This document shows positions 11,815-25,119 of a stretch of 64,000 nucleotides of DNA, in pieces. Within the stretch, counting starts at the first letter, position 1; every line of letters starts with the position of its first letter. A model generated the notes under the pieces. It did no database searches, was not told where the DNA came from, and worked only from the letters and a program-made list of their open reading frames with translations. This DNA is from the human T2T-CHM13v2.0 reference genome, Homo sapiens, in the NCBI RefSeq assembly GCF_009914755.1, contig NC_060935.1, one strand, 5' to 3'. Both the position numbers and the translations under genes were made by a program.

Positions 11815-14800
11815 TTTTTTAAATTTTTGAATAGAATAATTGCAAAAGCTGTATAGAGAGTTCTAATGCCCCACACCCAGTATCCTGGATTGCTACCATT
11901 TTACCTTTGTATGGTATATTTGCCAAATTAATAAACCTAAACTAATATGTTATTCTTAGAGTCTATACTTTATTTATAATTTATTAGTTTCTGCCCAACG
12001 GTTATTTTTCTATTCCACGATTTCATCCAGAATATAACGTTACATTTAGACCTCCTGTCTTGTTAGGCTTTTTTGGAATGTGATGGTTTCTCAGATTTTC
12101 CTTGTTTTTGATAACCTCCATAGTACTGGTGATGACCTTGAGGAGTACTGATTGGGTATATTTTCTAGAAAGTCCCTCAATTTGGGTTTGCTTGATGTTT
12201 TATCTCACTGTGGAATTGGAGTTAAACATTTTTGGGAGGGAAATCACAGAGATGAAGTGCCATTTTCAAAATGATTTATCACTGCTGTTGTTAATTTTAA
12301 ATACCCAATAAAGTACAGTTTGCCAGATCTCTCCACTGTAAAGTTCCTTTTTTTTTTTCTTCATTCCACATTTTGCTTTTGGAAACAAGTCCCTGAGTAA
12401 AATCTACACTTAAAAGGTAGGGATTATGTTTTACCTCCTTGAGGAGGTAGTGTCTATATATATTGTTTAGAATTCCACATGAGAGCTTTGTTTCTTCTCC
12501 CCTGTTTACTTGAGTGTTCAATTATTTATTCATAATAGTGTGGGTTCATGGGTACTTATTTTATACTTGAGTTATGATCTGATAGTATGCTATTAATTTT
12601 GTTACTCAATTTCTTCCAGCTTTAAGTATTGGGAGCTCTGTCAACTGGCTTCTGTGTCCCTTTGACATACCTCTGTTTTTGTTTGTTTGTTTGTTTCTTG
12701 TTTGTTTTGTTTTGTTTTAAATGTGTTTTAGCATTTTCCTACTTTCTGGCAATACAAAACGCTCCAGACTCATCTACTATATTGCTCCCCCTGCCCTAGA
12801 TCTGCCAGTTCTCTAAGGAGCTCTTGCTCCTTTCATTGGTGAATAGTGTAGGAAAACAAGGTCCGGGCACGTGGGATGCTCATTGCTACAGGAGAGCCAT
12901 TGCTTCTAGGTCCTTGCAGTGGACACAGGTAGGAAATACATGTGAAATGGGAGAGTTCCCTGATCCCCCTTGCAGGATGTGAAACAGGGGTGTGGCTCAC
13001 CCATTTGGTTGCCATCACTGCTCACACTCTTGAGGGGAGGGGGAGAATGCAGACAGACAGGTGCCGGAGCCCAAGTGGTCTTGTGTTGCAGTGTGCTCTT
13101 TCAGCCCAGCCGTCCACTGATGGTTTGAGTGTTAACCAGCTCAGTGGACCCTCTGCCTTTTCGCAAGGGCAGAGGGCCAATGTGACAGCTTTCTGTATCC
13201 TGAGTTCTTGTCCACCGTCCCAGAAGAATCAGGTCACACATGGGCTTGAAAAATGAATGCGGAGTTTTATTGAGTGGTGTAGGTGGCTCTCAGCAGGCTG
13301 GATGGGGAACTGGAGGCAGGACAGAGTGAGAAGATGATCTTCCCCTTCCTGGAGTTTGGCCATCCAGCAGCCAAACTCATCTCTTACCACCCCCAGCTGA
13401 ACTCCTTTTGGCCTTCAGACAATCCTCCTCTTTTCTCTTTCTCTGCTGTGCTGTTCATCTGCTTGTCTCCTCATCTCTTTGTCTCCTTGTTTGAGCATCT
13501 GCTTCTGGAGCCTGGGATTAGGGGTTTATATGGGTACAGGATAGAGGTGTGGCAGGCCAAAAGGCAACTTTTTGGGTGCGAAAACATAAATGCCTGTTCC
13601 CATTTAGGGCTGTGGGTCTCCAGGCTTGAGGGTGGGACCTTTGCCTTGGAACCACTTTCTCCTACCCAGTATTTCCCTGTCTCCTGTTTATATCATATGT
13701 ATGGATACTGAGCTGTGTATCTACACACATCTATATTTCTTTCTGTATCTATTAATCAGTGTCTATTTTAAGATGAACTTGAGTTCATACTGACGTTTCC
13801 AACTCTAATCCAGTAACCCAAGTTCATTCTAGCTTCCTTCTCTCTTATCTGTGAATGACCCATTCCAACATGAAACCTCATTCACATCATCTGCCATTAA
13901 CTTAGTTATTTTTCAGTTTTAGTATACATGCCCAGCAATTTAAGAATTGTTAACCCCTACCTCTGTGGGAAGCAACTTTATCAGCTAGAGTACAATGCTA
14001 TGGACAATTCCTTTTGTCTTTAGTCTTACACTTTCTAGTCGTTTTCCACATTACTTAGATCAGCAGCTCTTTTTTTTTGCCCATCCCCATCATTGAAGTT
14101 GTGACATACATTTGTAATGCAGTTATGTTCTTTTGTCATAGTTTGTATACATCCTGAGATCCTCCACCCTCCCAGTTAAATTCTTTCAAAATTTACGTAT
14201 AAGTTTGCTCTTTGTGATGTAAAGATCTATGAGTTTTTACATAGAACTATAAGAATTGTCATTTGACTGTACCATTTGACTATGGAATAACGCCATGTAT
14301 CTAACACTATTGTATTACACAGAATACTTTCCTGCCCTACAAAATGCCATGTGCTTTATTTAGTCAACCTTCCCTCCACTCCACACCTCTTGTTTTCTAT
14401 TTTCTACATCGATTTTTTTTGTCTTTTTCATAGTGTCATATAAATGAGACCATGCACTGATTCCATTCTCAGACTGGATTATTTCATTTAGCAATATGTA
14501 TTTGAGATTTATACACATTACTGCCAGGATTAATAACTCATTCCCTTTGAAAACTGAATAGTATTCTGGTTGTGGATGTGCCACAGTTTAAATGTTAACC
14601 TATTGAAGGGAATCTTGATAGTTTCTAGTTTTTAGAGATTATGAATAATGTTGCCATAAACATTTGTGTTCATGTTTCTGTGTAGATATGTTTCAAAAGC
14701 AATTGCTTAAATATCTAACAAATAATTGCTGAAAAGTATGATCAGATTATGTTCAGCTTTGTAAGAGGCTGTCAAACTGTATTCCAAGGAGGCAGTACTA

Positions 14801-14935
14801 TTTTGCATTCCCACAAGCAATGAATCAGAGCTCTTCTTGCTCTACACATAGCTTTGGCAGTGACTGGTGTCAGGTTTTTTTTTTAATTTTTAAAATTTTA
14901 ATCATTGTAGTAAGTGTATACTGGTATCTTATTAT
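11815..14935 (-). mobile_element. L1MC3/L1MD-like LINE-1 3' end, split by the LTR at 12943-13695
   Basis: Long L1MC/MD-type 3'UTR (tttctcagattttccttgtttttgat...gaggagtactg) running into ORF2 C-terminal relic. Confidence 0.75.
12943..13695 (-). mobile_element. LTR1-family (HUERS-P2, ERV1) solo LTR
   Basis: TG...CA termini; minus strand starts tgatataaacaggagacagggaaatactgggtagg (LTR1 5' end); near-TSD catg/tatg. Confidence 0.85.
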
Positions 14936-15668
14936 TTTTCTTTGACTTGTTTTTAAATTTTAGGTACCAAATTTTTAAATCTTTGCCAATGTCTATAATT
15001 GAGGTACTATATTTATATAAGATTAAGATTAAGACAAATCTTAATTGTATAGTGCAATGAATATTTCCTAAGTGAACTCATCTGTGTAACCACCACATTG
15101 ATCAGAGTAGAAAATACTGCAAACAAACAAATTTTCACATATAAGATCCATTCATTGTCATATCCAGAGGTAACCATTGTTCTAAGCCATAACATTATAG
15201 ATTATTTTGCCTGCTCTTCACTTTTATATAAATGGAATCATGCAGTTTTTACTCTTTTATATTGGGATTCTTTCACTTAATATTATGTTTACGAGGTTTA
15301 TCTACATAATTTTCTCTAGCAGCAGTCTATTGTATTTTCGTATAGTATTCCATCTTATGTAAATGCAACAAATTTTATTTATAGACATGTGAGTTGTTTC
15401 AAGTTTGGAACTACTGTGAAAAATTCTGCTATGCTAATTATTTTACATGTTTTGGTCAACATATGTGTACATTCTGTTTGAAATAAACCTACCAATGGTA
15501 TTGCTAGGTAAAAGGATATGTTCATATTCAGGTTTAGTAAACACTACCAAACAGTTCCAAAGTGATCACATCAATTTATGCTTCTACAAGTGATCAGAAT
15601 ACCAGCTGGTCCATATTCTCATTCACAATTGGTATTGTCAGGTGTTTATTTTTAATATTAATCATTCT

Positions 15669-15671
<3 letters not shown>

Positions 15672-15707
<36 letters not shown>
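15672..15707. repeat. (TG)n microsatellite
   Basis: Pure TG run. Confidence 0.95.
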
Positions 15708-15708
<1 letters not shown>

Positions 15709-17974
15709 TAATCTTGATTTAGTTTGCATTTACCTCATAACTAATGAGATTAATCACCTTTTCTAATGCATTCTGGCCATGTGGTTACCTCTTTTTATTA
15801 ACTGATATTCAAGACTTTAGCTCAACGTTTTTATCAGATTTTTTTTGTCTTTTTCTTACTGATTCTTAAGAGTTACATGTGCATACGTATCCTGTATGTA
15901 ATTCATGGATGGATATATGCTTTCAAATATCTTCCATTTAGTATTTATTTGGGGGCTCTTTTCACAGCCATATTTGGCAAATAAAAGTTTTTTTTTCATG
16001 GAGTCTACCTTACCTATATTTTCATAAATAGCTAATACTTTTTGAGGTCCTGTTGAAGGAATCTTTGCTTATTCATATTCATGATTATAATCTCAGTTTT
16101 CTTCTAGAAAATTTGTAGTATTAGCTTTCCTATTTAGGTCTAGATACTATTTTCAATTTATTTTTGTATTATATAAGAAAGGAACAAGTTTATTTTTCTT
16201 TGTATATGCCAATCCAATTCATCCTTTATTATTTATTAACATATTTTCTCATAACATTGTATGGCACTTTTTTTATACATGTAGTTACCGTATATGGAAG
16301 CATCTGTTGATTCTGGGTCTCCTCCATTGAATTAGTTGTTTAGGTTTGTGCCAATGCTGTAGCTTTGTTAAAAATAATGATGATATCTTTTAGTACAAGT
16401 ATTTCAACTTTATTCTTTTAAGAATTTCTATATAAACTTATATATTACCCATGTAAATTTTAAAAAGAGTTTGCCACTTTCATTAAAGAAACAACAACAA
16501 ACTGCTGGGTTTTTAACTGAAAGTTCTTTGAATATATAGGTCAATTTGGGGAGAATTAACATCTTTATAATATTGTTTTTTCCCAATCCAAAAGCACTGT
16601 ATTCCCTCACTCACTTAGGTCTTCTTTAAGTTCTCTCCATAATGTTTTTAGTTTTAAGTGTAGAGGTCTTCAACACCTTTTGCTACATTCATTACTATGC
16701 GTTTGACGTTTCCTTCATGCTCTTATAATAACAAGTTTTCTATTTTATGTCCTAATTGAATTTTGCTGTTATGAAAAACAAATTAAATTGGCATTTTGTA
16801 TTTTGACTTTGTATCTTGTTACTTTAATACATATTTTAATTCCAAAGGGTATCTACAGATTATTTTTGAATATCCAATGTATAATCATGTTATCTTCAAA
16901 TAGTGACAATTTTTATTCTCTCCCAGTAAGTATACTTTTTATTTATTTATTTATTTTCTGTGTTTCTTCCTTCTGGCTAGAACTGCCATTACAATTTTGA
17001 ATAGAATTGGGGATGGCAGGCATTCCTGTCTTCTTCCAATCTTAGGGGGGGAAAATTTTATATCTTAGTTCAATTTGTTATAGGTTCTTATTTTAAAAAA
17101 CCTTTTTATCAGAAAGGTTTTTTTTGTAATCATGAATTGAAGTTGACTTCTATCAAATATTTCCCTGTATTTGTTAAGATGATCAAGTGGTTTTCTTCTG
17201 TATTCCATTAATGTGGTGAATTACATTGATTGATTTTTGAAAGTTGAAAGAATTTTTCATCTCTGGAATGAGCTTTACTTGGATATTATATTTTATTTCT
17301 GAATGTGATTTCTTAATATTCTACTTACATTTATCAACTATAAGTTAAATTGCCTTTATTTATTCATTTAAAAAGATCTTTAAAATCAATTTTGGTATCA
17401 TTTAAAGTCCTGTAATGTTTTTTAAAGTGACTTTTTAAAATTGTGTCGTAAAGTGTTCTGTATTTATTCTCTGGAAAACTTTATGAAAGATGGGTGTTAT
17501 TTCCTCCGTTAAAGTTTGGAAGAATTTACTGGTGAAGCCATCTGGGCCTGGAGTTTTCTGTGTAGAAAAGTATGTAATTAGAGATTGATTTCTGTAATGA
17601 ATATAAGAATATTCAAATTTTCTATTTCTTATGTCACTTTTGGCAAGTTTTTCTTTATAGGAAATTTACTCATTTCTTTTAAAGTTTCCAATTTATTGAC
17701 ACAAATAGATTTAGACTATCTCTTATTTACATTTTAATGTTTGTAGGATCAAAGTAATCCTGATAAAGTGTGTGTTTTATCTCTTTTTCCTCATCAATTT
17801 CAATTAGTTATTTTTATTTCTTTTAAAAAAATTAACTTTTAAGTTTCTTGACTTTTCAAACTGTCAGTTAATTGATTTTTTGCTCTTATTTTTATTATTT
17901 CCTTCCTTCTAATTTATTTAGTTTTAATTTGCACTTTTATTTCTACTTTTCTTTATATGAAGCTTACATTATTT

Positions 17975-18208
17975 TTATCATATATACATATTTTATATAT
18001 GCATATATAAAATTTTAATATATACATTTTATGTATATATGATGAAAATCCATGTGTATGCATATTTTTATGTGTGTCTCTGTGTGTATATATGCTTGTA
18101 TATGCGTGTGTGTATACGTGTATATGTATATATATGTATTTACACACATAAAAAATATATAGATACACACATACACACAAATATTTTATATGTATGTATA
18201 TATATATG
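17975..18208. repeat. (TA)/(TG) low-complexity tract
   Basis: Mixed tatata/tgtgtg/cacaca tract. Confidence 0.85.
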
Positions 18209-19559
18209 GCCACAAATTTCCCTCAAAGCATAATTTTAGCTGCATTCCAAATGTTTTGTGATATTTTATTTTCATTATTATGCAGTTCAAAATACATTCT
18301 AATTTCCATTATGATTTACAAATGTATTATTTAATTTCCAAGTATTTAGGGATTATCTGATTAACTTTTTGCTAATGAGTCCTAGCAATTCTACTGTAAT
18401 AATATATTCTATATGAAACCAATCCTATGAAATTTTTTTCAGACTTGCTATGGCTCAAAATGTAATCTATTTTGAAACACATTCTCTATGCACTTGAAAA
18501 ATGTGGATTCTTCCATTGTTGTGTGTACAGTGTTATATGTATATAAATTAAGGTAATTTTCTATGGGTAAATTTCTAGGTATGTATATCAATTAGGGTAA
18601 TTTTGTTAATAATGTTATACATATCTCATTTATGATTGCTGATTTGTATATCTGCTGCTTATAAGGTAGTGAGAGAGATGTGTCGATATCTCCATTTTTT
18701 TTGACTTGTCTATTTCTTCTTTCTATGCATTTACTTTTGCTTTACACATTTTGAGGCTATATTCTTAAGTACAGGTAAGTTTAGAATTATTATATTTTCA
18801 GGTAGGATGGAACATATCATTAGGAAATGGCTTTAATATCTTTAGTGATTCATTTTTACAGTCTAATGATATTAGATTAGCTATGCTTTTGTGTATTTGT
18901 GTTTGTATGAACTTTTTAAAAAATCTTTTACTTACAATTTTTTTCATCTTTATGTTTAAAATGGGTCATTTGTAAAAAGAATATACTTGGAGTTTGTTAC
19001 ACTATCCAGTGTGATAATCTTTGCATATTAATATGCTGAAGTATTTAGTACATGATATTTAATGCCATTTCTGATATGTTTGATTTTATATCTACAGTGG
19101 CATTATTTGTTTTCTATTTGTCTATTTTTTTCTGATCTTTTTCATCCTTTATTGCTTTCCTTTAGAATTATCAAGTAATTTTTATTATTCTATTGACCCC
19201 GTTTTCTTCTTTTACGTTTCTTGTATTTATTACTTCAAAAATGATAACATCTATCCATTGCATACTGAAGTCTACCTAATACCATATTTTTAGTATTTGT
19301 AAGGCAAAGACTTTAGAACACTTTATTTTTTATTGAGTTTTATGCTATGTTTTTATGTATTTTAATTTTCAAATATCCTAAATCTCATAGGTATTTTTAT
19401 TATGGTTTTAAACATTCAATAGCCATTTAGTTTTATCTAAATAAGAATGATTTTTTTCTTCCTCATTACTGTTATTCATCCAAGAAAAACTTTTTTTTGC
19501 CTTAAAAATTTCCTTTTATGATTTATTTCCCTTTAGGTATGCTGGTGGTTAAATCTCTG

Positions 19560-19932
19560 TTTTTTATTTTTATTTATTTATTTTTGTTTGTTTTTTATTA
19601 TACTTTAAGTTCTAGGGTACATGTGCACAACATGCAGGTTTGTTACATATGTTTACATGTGCCATGTTGGTTTGCTGTACCCATTAACTCGTCTTTTACA
19701 TTAGATATTTCTCCTAATGTTATCCCTCCCCCTGCCCATCTCCCCACAGCAAGCCCTGGTGTGTGATGTTCCCCGCCCTGTGTCCAAGGGTTTCATTGTT
19801 TAATTCCCACCTATGAGTGAGAACATGCGGCGTTTGGTTTTTTGTCCTTGTGATAGTTTGCTAAGAATGATGGTATCCAGCTGCATCCATGTCCCTACAA
19901 AGGACATGAACTCATCCTTTTCTATGGCTGCA
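19560..19932 (-). mobile_element. Primate L1PA (L1PA6/7-like) 3' end, 5'-truncated
   Basis: ttattatactttaagttctagggtacatgtgcacaac...cccacctatgagtgagaacatgcgg; ORF relic DEFMSFVGTWMQLDTIILSKLSQGQKTK. Confidence 0.92.
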
Positions 19933-20454
19933 TTTAAAGAAGTCTTTATCTCACCTATATATTTTGAGCTTATTTTCCCTGGGCATAGAATTCCAGGTTG
20001 AGAAGTACTTCTTAGCATTTTAGAGATATCATTTCATTGTTCTCTGATTTCCAATTTTTATGTTGAAAAAGGGACCTGTCAGGCTTGTAGTTTCTCCTTT
20101 GAAGGTAATCTATCTTTTTCCCTCTGATTGCTTTTAAGATTTCTCTTTTTCTCTGGTTTTCAAAAGTTTTACTATGATATGCCTATATGTGGTATTCTTT
20201 GTATTTATACCTCTATGGTTTTACAGATCTCCTTGAATCTGTTGCGTCATAATTTTTCAATTGGATTCAGAAAAGTTTCGGTCAGAATCTCAACATCCTC
20301 TCCCTTCCCCTTCCACACTCTTCTTTCATTCTTCTACTCAAATTATACATGTTAGAATTTTCATGATATTTCATTTGGTTCTTCACTATTTTCAGCATTT
20401 ATTATTTTTTCCCTTTTCTATTATTTTATCCTTTTTTAAAATGAAACACTTTCT

Positions 20455-21420
20455 TCTGTCATTTAAGAATTATTAGAGAAATTTTTTTTCTAATTTTCTT
20501 TTGTTCTGTGCCTCTTACCTTCAAATTTATTTCTCCTATTTCTTTCCTATTCTCTTACTTTGTTCTTTTGTTCATGTTAGAAGATTTTATCAACTAATTG
20601 GTGGCTCTTGGTGGATAGATGGATGGAGGGAGAGAAAGGTATATAGACAGATGATAGGTAGATGACAGATGATTGATAGATTGATAATAGATGTTAGTTT
20701 AATAGATAATAGATAGTTTAAGAGTGATACACTAAAACATAGATTGGAAACATGACATAAGGACATGTCTGGTGAATGTGTGAGCATCATTGTAGAGTAG
20801 CAGCTGGATATCCATCTTTTTGTTTGTTTGTTTGTTTGTTTTAAATCGAGGACTCACAAGTATCAGTATTTATAGCTCATGTCTTACAAGTTTTCACTTT
20901 TTTTCCAGAAAAGTATCTTTTTCTGTCTCTTTTCCTGGAGAGGGAGGATGTACACACTTCATGGTTAGTATCCTGGAACTGGTAAAAGAGGGGAACTGTA
21001 GTTGACTCCATTCTGAAGATAACTGTAGTGTAACAACTTTCCTTTTTCCAAAACCTCAGAGCTACCTTCTTCTGCGTTTGCTGTCCTTACACCCAAAACC
21101 TCCCTGGCTTAATTGCCGTGAGAGAAAAATACCTCCCCATTCCTATATGGTTGATAAAGGAGTAGGTGTCTCTCTTTGTTGGGTGTAGATAGGAGCATGG
21201 GGGCTTTGAAGCACCTCTGTACATTTTTAAGTAAATCCCTTTCTTGCCCTTATTAGTTGTCTCACCCCTACTTTCCATGGTACCTGGTGCCTTTAATTCT
21301 TGATCCCTCCCAGGACTCTATAGGGAAAATTGGCCTGCTATTATTGCTGGTATTTCTCTTTGTAGATCCCTAGATTTGCTTTTTCTCCACTCTGCTGAGT
21401 CACTTATAAATAAATCTTCC
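20455..21420 (-). mobile_element. HAL1 5' portion
   Basis: ttcatgttagaagatt...tttaagagtgatacactaaaacatagattggaa and tacctggtgcctttaattcttga resemble the HAL1 consensus as recalled. Confidence 0.6.
20612..20717. repeat. (GATA)/(GATG)n degenerate tetranucleotide repeat
   Basis: ggatagatggatgg...gatagattgataatagat. Confidence 0.85.
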
Positions 21421-22837
21421 ATCTGTACAGAATACCATTGTTGGAGGCACAGAGACTACCTAATATTTAGAACGAAGGACTCTGGAGACAAGGCTTTCTG
21501 GAATTCTACAGAGGCAAGGCCCATCTAAGCTGATAATGCCACACCTACTCCAGTGGCACAGATCCCCCTGGAGGCTGCCACTCAAGTTTCTTCCTGACTG
21601 CCCTCCAGCTTTTCCAGGGCAAGTCTCCGCCTAGCTCTGGGTACTGTGTTTATTTCTTACCAAAGATTCCATTGTGCGGATGGTGGTGCACTGGAGGTGG
21701 TCTTTTCATATCAGGCGGTTTAAGGACCCTCAAGGGTCAGAGACACACAAATCTTTAAATATCAACATTTTAAACTATATTACTAATCATGTCCAGCAGG
21801 AGATGTTTTTGATGTTCACTAATTTATGATACTGAATGTAATAAAAGGTAAGATAGTGACACTTTAAAACAATTATTCTATGCATTCAAACTGGGCTTCC
21901 TCTACTTAGGCCAAATTAGTGAATTTTTTCAGTAGCCACACATACTTCTTGGGCACTTTCCATGTGGTGGGCAATGGCTATATAAAGAAGAAGACATAAG
22001 TATAGGCATAATTGCTGCCGTGATATTGAGGAATCTTGGCTTGGATTTTCAAAAAAAAATGCATATGGATTTTAAGCATGTTTTGTAACCTTTTTTCCCC
22101 CAAATTTTGAAACAAAACAAGAATTCACCAAAGATGTTCCTGAGAGGGAATATAGGATTGTTCTGTTTTTAACCTATTCTATATTCACTGTTCAGCTAGC
22201 TTTATTTTTATGCAGTGATTCACAAACTAACACAGATCATAAGTGATGACTACTCGAGTTGCCAAAATGTTTATTTTTTTAATTTTCACTCTCAATTTGC
22301 TTTGTTTGTATTTCATATATCTCTGATTGAAAATGAAAAAGCATTTTAATTAAAAGCATTGCTGCAATGAATGATTAATTGCTTTTAAAAAAATAAACAG
22401 ATGAGAGTGAATAGTAAAATAAGAGCTTTCACCTTATTATGCTAATAAACTATGAAAAATATTGACCTTAGATAGAAGTCTTGTATCAAATTTGAGTCAA
22501 CAATTACATCAATAATTAATAATCAGGAACCAGCTAATCAGAAATCTAGAGGACATAGTTAATGTTGGTTATAAATAACATCTCAAAAATCCAAATACTT
22601 AAATTAGGAAGCAAATTACCTTTGATAGTGTAGATTTATCATTTGTGATTGACTTAATCAATCCTGTTCTCCTCCTGGGGACAATGGAGAAAGGGTGTAG
22701 AGGTGAAGGCAGGGAGAGTATAGTAAGCTTTATTGGGATATTATTTATGTTGAATGCTGAACAGTCAACACTGATGAAAACACATACTAAAAATATAAAC
22801 TGTACATATGTATATACATACATGCATATATGACCTT

Positions 22838-23029
22838 CAGTGGTATTTCTAAAAGTGTGGTCCACAAATTACCTGCATCAAATTCGCTGAGATGCTTGAC
22901 AAATACTGATTCTTGGGATTTATTCCCAAGTATTCCAGTTTATGTTTCTGAGCCTGGGGTCAAGAAATTTACATGTAGACAAATGATCTCTGGGTGGTTC
23001 TTATGTACAATAGTATTTGAAAACCACTC
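22838..23029. mobile_element. MER5A hAT-Charlie MITE
   Basis: cagtggtatttctaaaagtgtggtcc...tttgaaaaccactc termini, ~190 bp. Confidence 0.8.
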
Positions 23030-24174
23030 GTGGGAGAGGACAGAGGACTCGTGAGCTCATCAATAGAATTGTTCTATTTGCTGAAGTAAAGAATTCCTGG
23101 GAAAGTGAAAGGAAATATGCAAATCTGTACAGTGCATTCGGTAGAGGGACTGTAATCTCTTCCCTATTCAGACCTCATTTCCTTTCTCAACAATGCCTTC
23201 TGCTGTAATCAGAAACTATTCACAGAGCTGTTCCTTCTGTTATTTATTTGTGTCTATCAGCTTCATGTACAGAGGAACAGGCTCTGGAGCAGACACACAT
23301 GACCTACTCTTGCCTTCCCTTTTCCCCATGAAAGGATCTGCAGTGGACCATTGATTTTGAGTTGGTTCAGAATAGAGATGACACAATTAGTCTTAATTTA
23401 GGCTGTATAATTGTATTCAGTACCAATTAGGAGGAACACTGTGATATACAAACACATTTTCCTCCAAATTCTCCTGTTACACTAAATAATTTAGGATTAC
23501 CAAAAAACACGAGAAGTATTCTTTTACTCCCCCCAACCCGGCCCCCCACCCCTTCAGCCCTGGCCCAACTAACATCCTTGAAATTGAGTTAATTTTCCTT
23601 AGATAACTTTACTTTTTCTCTTCTTATTTTTAGCTTGAGCCTTCTGGGCTTTGTTATTGCACTTGTGAATTACAGCCTCCCGAAGCAATGAGAGCTTTCA
23701 GCCTTCTCTGAGAGTCTCTTTATGCTGCTCTTATAGACATACATTCTCACTAAACCCTGTTCCTCACATTTCTAGAGCAAGCAACGTCCACCTTCTTTCC
23801 AACACTCTCCTGCCTCCCTGGATTTATGTCTCACCTGAGCTCATCACATCCTAGCTTCAGGGTGTATTTCCTAATGAAATTTTAAAGTGGGAAGGCCATT
23901 CCATTGTGCTTAAGAAACCAAAATGACTTTTTACATTTGTGTGAAGAATACCAAAGCTCTTCTGCAATGCTGACAGAAGGAGGGGTGGGGAGGGATGACA
24001 GGTGACACTGCTTTGTGTATTGGTAGAGGCAGAAGTGAGATGAGCTGGGTTTAATTCAATTCTAGGCACAGTTTGAAAAAAGCAGCAAGGAGCTGGATAG
24101 AAGACGAACTGTTGACTCAGACTGTGGATGTCTAAAAATAAGTCATCTTTGTCCTTGTAATTGAACTTGCTGAA

Positions 24175-24405
24175 GAGGCAGTGAGGTCTAATCACTTAGA
24201 ATTGGGGCTCTGGTTTCAGATTACTCGGGTTTAAGGTTCTGAATTGAACATTTGCAAGTTGTGGGCCTACAGCATGTTGTTTTATGTCATTGCTCCTCAG
24301 TTTCCTCTTTTGTACTGTGAGATGGGTTATCATCCCTGCCACATAGGGTTGTTGGTGGGATTAACTGAGATACTTGAGTTTCAGGATCTGGTACCTAATT
24401 AGTGC
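24175..24405 (+). mobile_element. MIR SINE whose 3' tip (gtgctcaataa) resumes at 25106 after MER39
   Basis: cctcagtttcctcttttgtactgtgagatggg...catagggttgttggtgggattaactgagat. Confidence 0.8.
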
Positions 24406-25105
24406 TGAGAAATAAACATACAATTCGAAGCACCCCAACCAACTGAACAGACCATCTCTTCTTGGCCAAGGGGACCCCAAGAAACCTTGAAAACTGAGTT
24501 CTTGGCCATGATGAAAAAGGAGATTGGACACGTCTTGTTCTACCCCTCCCTCCCTTGCTAACCACCCTTTGGATTTTCTTCCCTAAGGGCTAAACAGAAA
24601 CTAGCCCATTCAAAAGACTTCACCACTGATATCAACCAATGCCTGATGCTGCCCCTCTTTTTTGCCGTTTTCGCACAACAACCAACCAACGGTCCTTCCT
24701 GATGAGAGATCACCGACCATGGAGGGGTTCTGGCCAGTCCATGGAGGATGTGTAGTGAGGGTTTTCATGTCCTCTGCTTCAACTTTTCACATCAGAGGGC
24801 TGAAAAACGCCACCCTTGGATCATGCTAATGCTGCCATTTTTTGAACCTGGGACCCATGAAGGGGCCATGCGCATGTTTCTTCTTCCATGAGTATTCATG
24901 ACTCCTCCCCTAGCTTATTAAATATGGCTGGTCAGCATAAATTCCTGTTCCCTTTGCTCCTCCCTCGAAGTGTCTGTTGCTGGCTTCTGGTGGGAGACTT
25001 GTGCTTCCCGGCTGTCAGAATGGCCATGTTGCAGGCTGCAACCTTTCGTGAGAAATAAAGCCCTCCCTTTCCAAATTGCTGAATCGCATCATGCTTCAGT
25101 TGTCA
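24406..25105 (+). mobile_element. MER39 ERV1 solo LTR
   Basis: TG...CA termini; perfect 4-bp TSD GTGC (24402-24405 and 25106-25109); AATAAA near the 3' end; sequence matches MER39 as recalled. Confidence 0.88.
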
Positions 25106-25119
25106 GTGCTCAATAAGTT

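Larger units (their letters stand above)
15020..20450 (-). mobile_element. Old L1ME-type LINE-1 (3'UTR, ORF2 and ORF1 relics)
   Basis: ORF2 relic ILPKLTYIFK (16428-16610); ggtgaagccatctgggcctggagttttc RT-proximal motif at ~17530; ORF1-type sequence after 19933. Confidence 0.75.

Noticed and set aside
12942-13711. 104-aa and 142-aa ORFs in GC-richer sequence
   Set aside because: They coincide with the LTR1 solo LTR and run antisense to it
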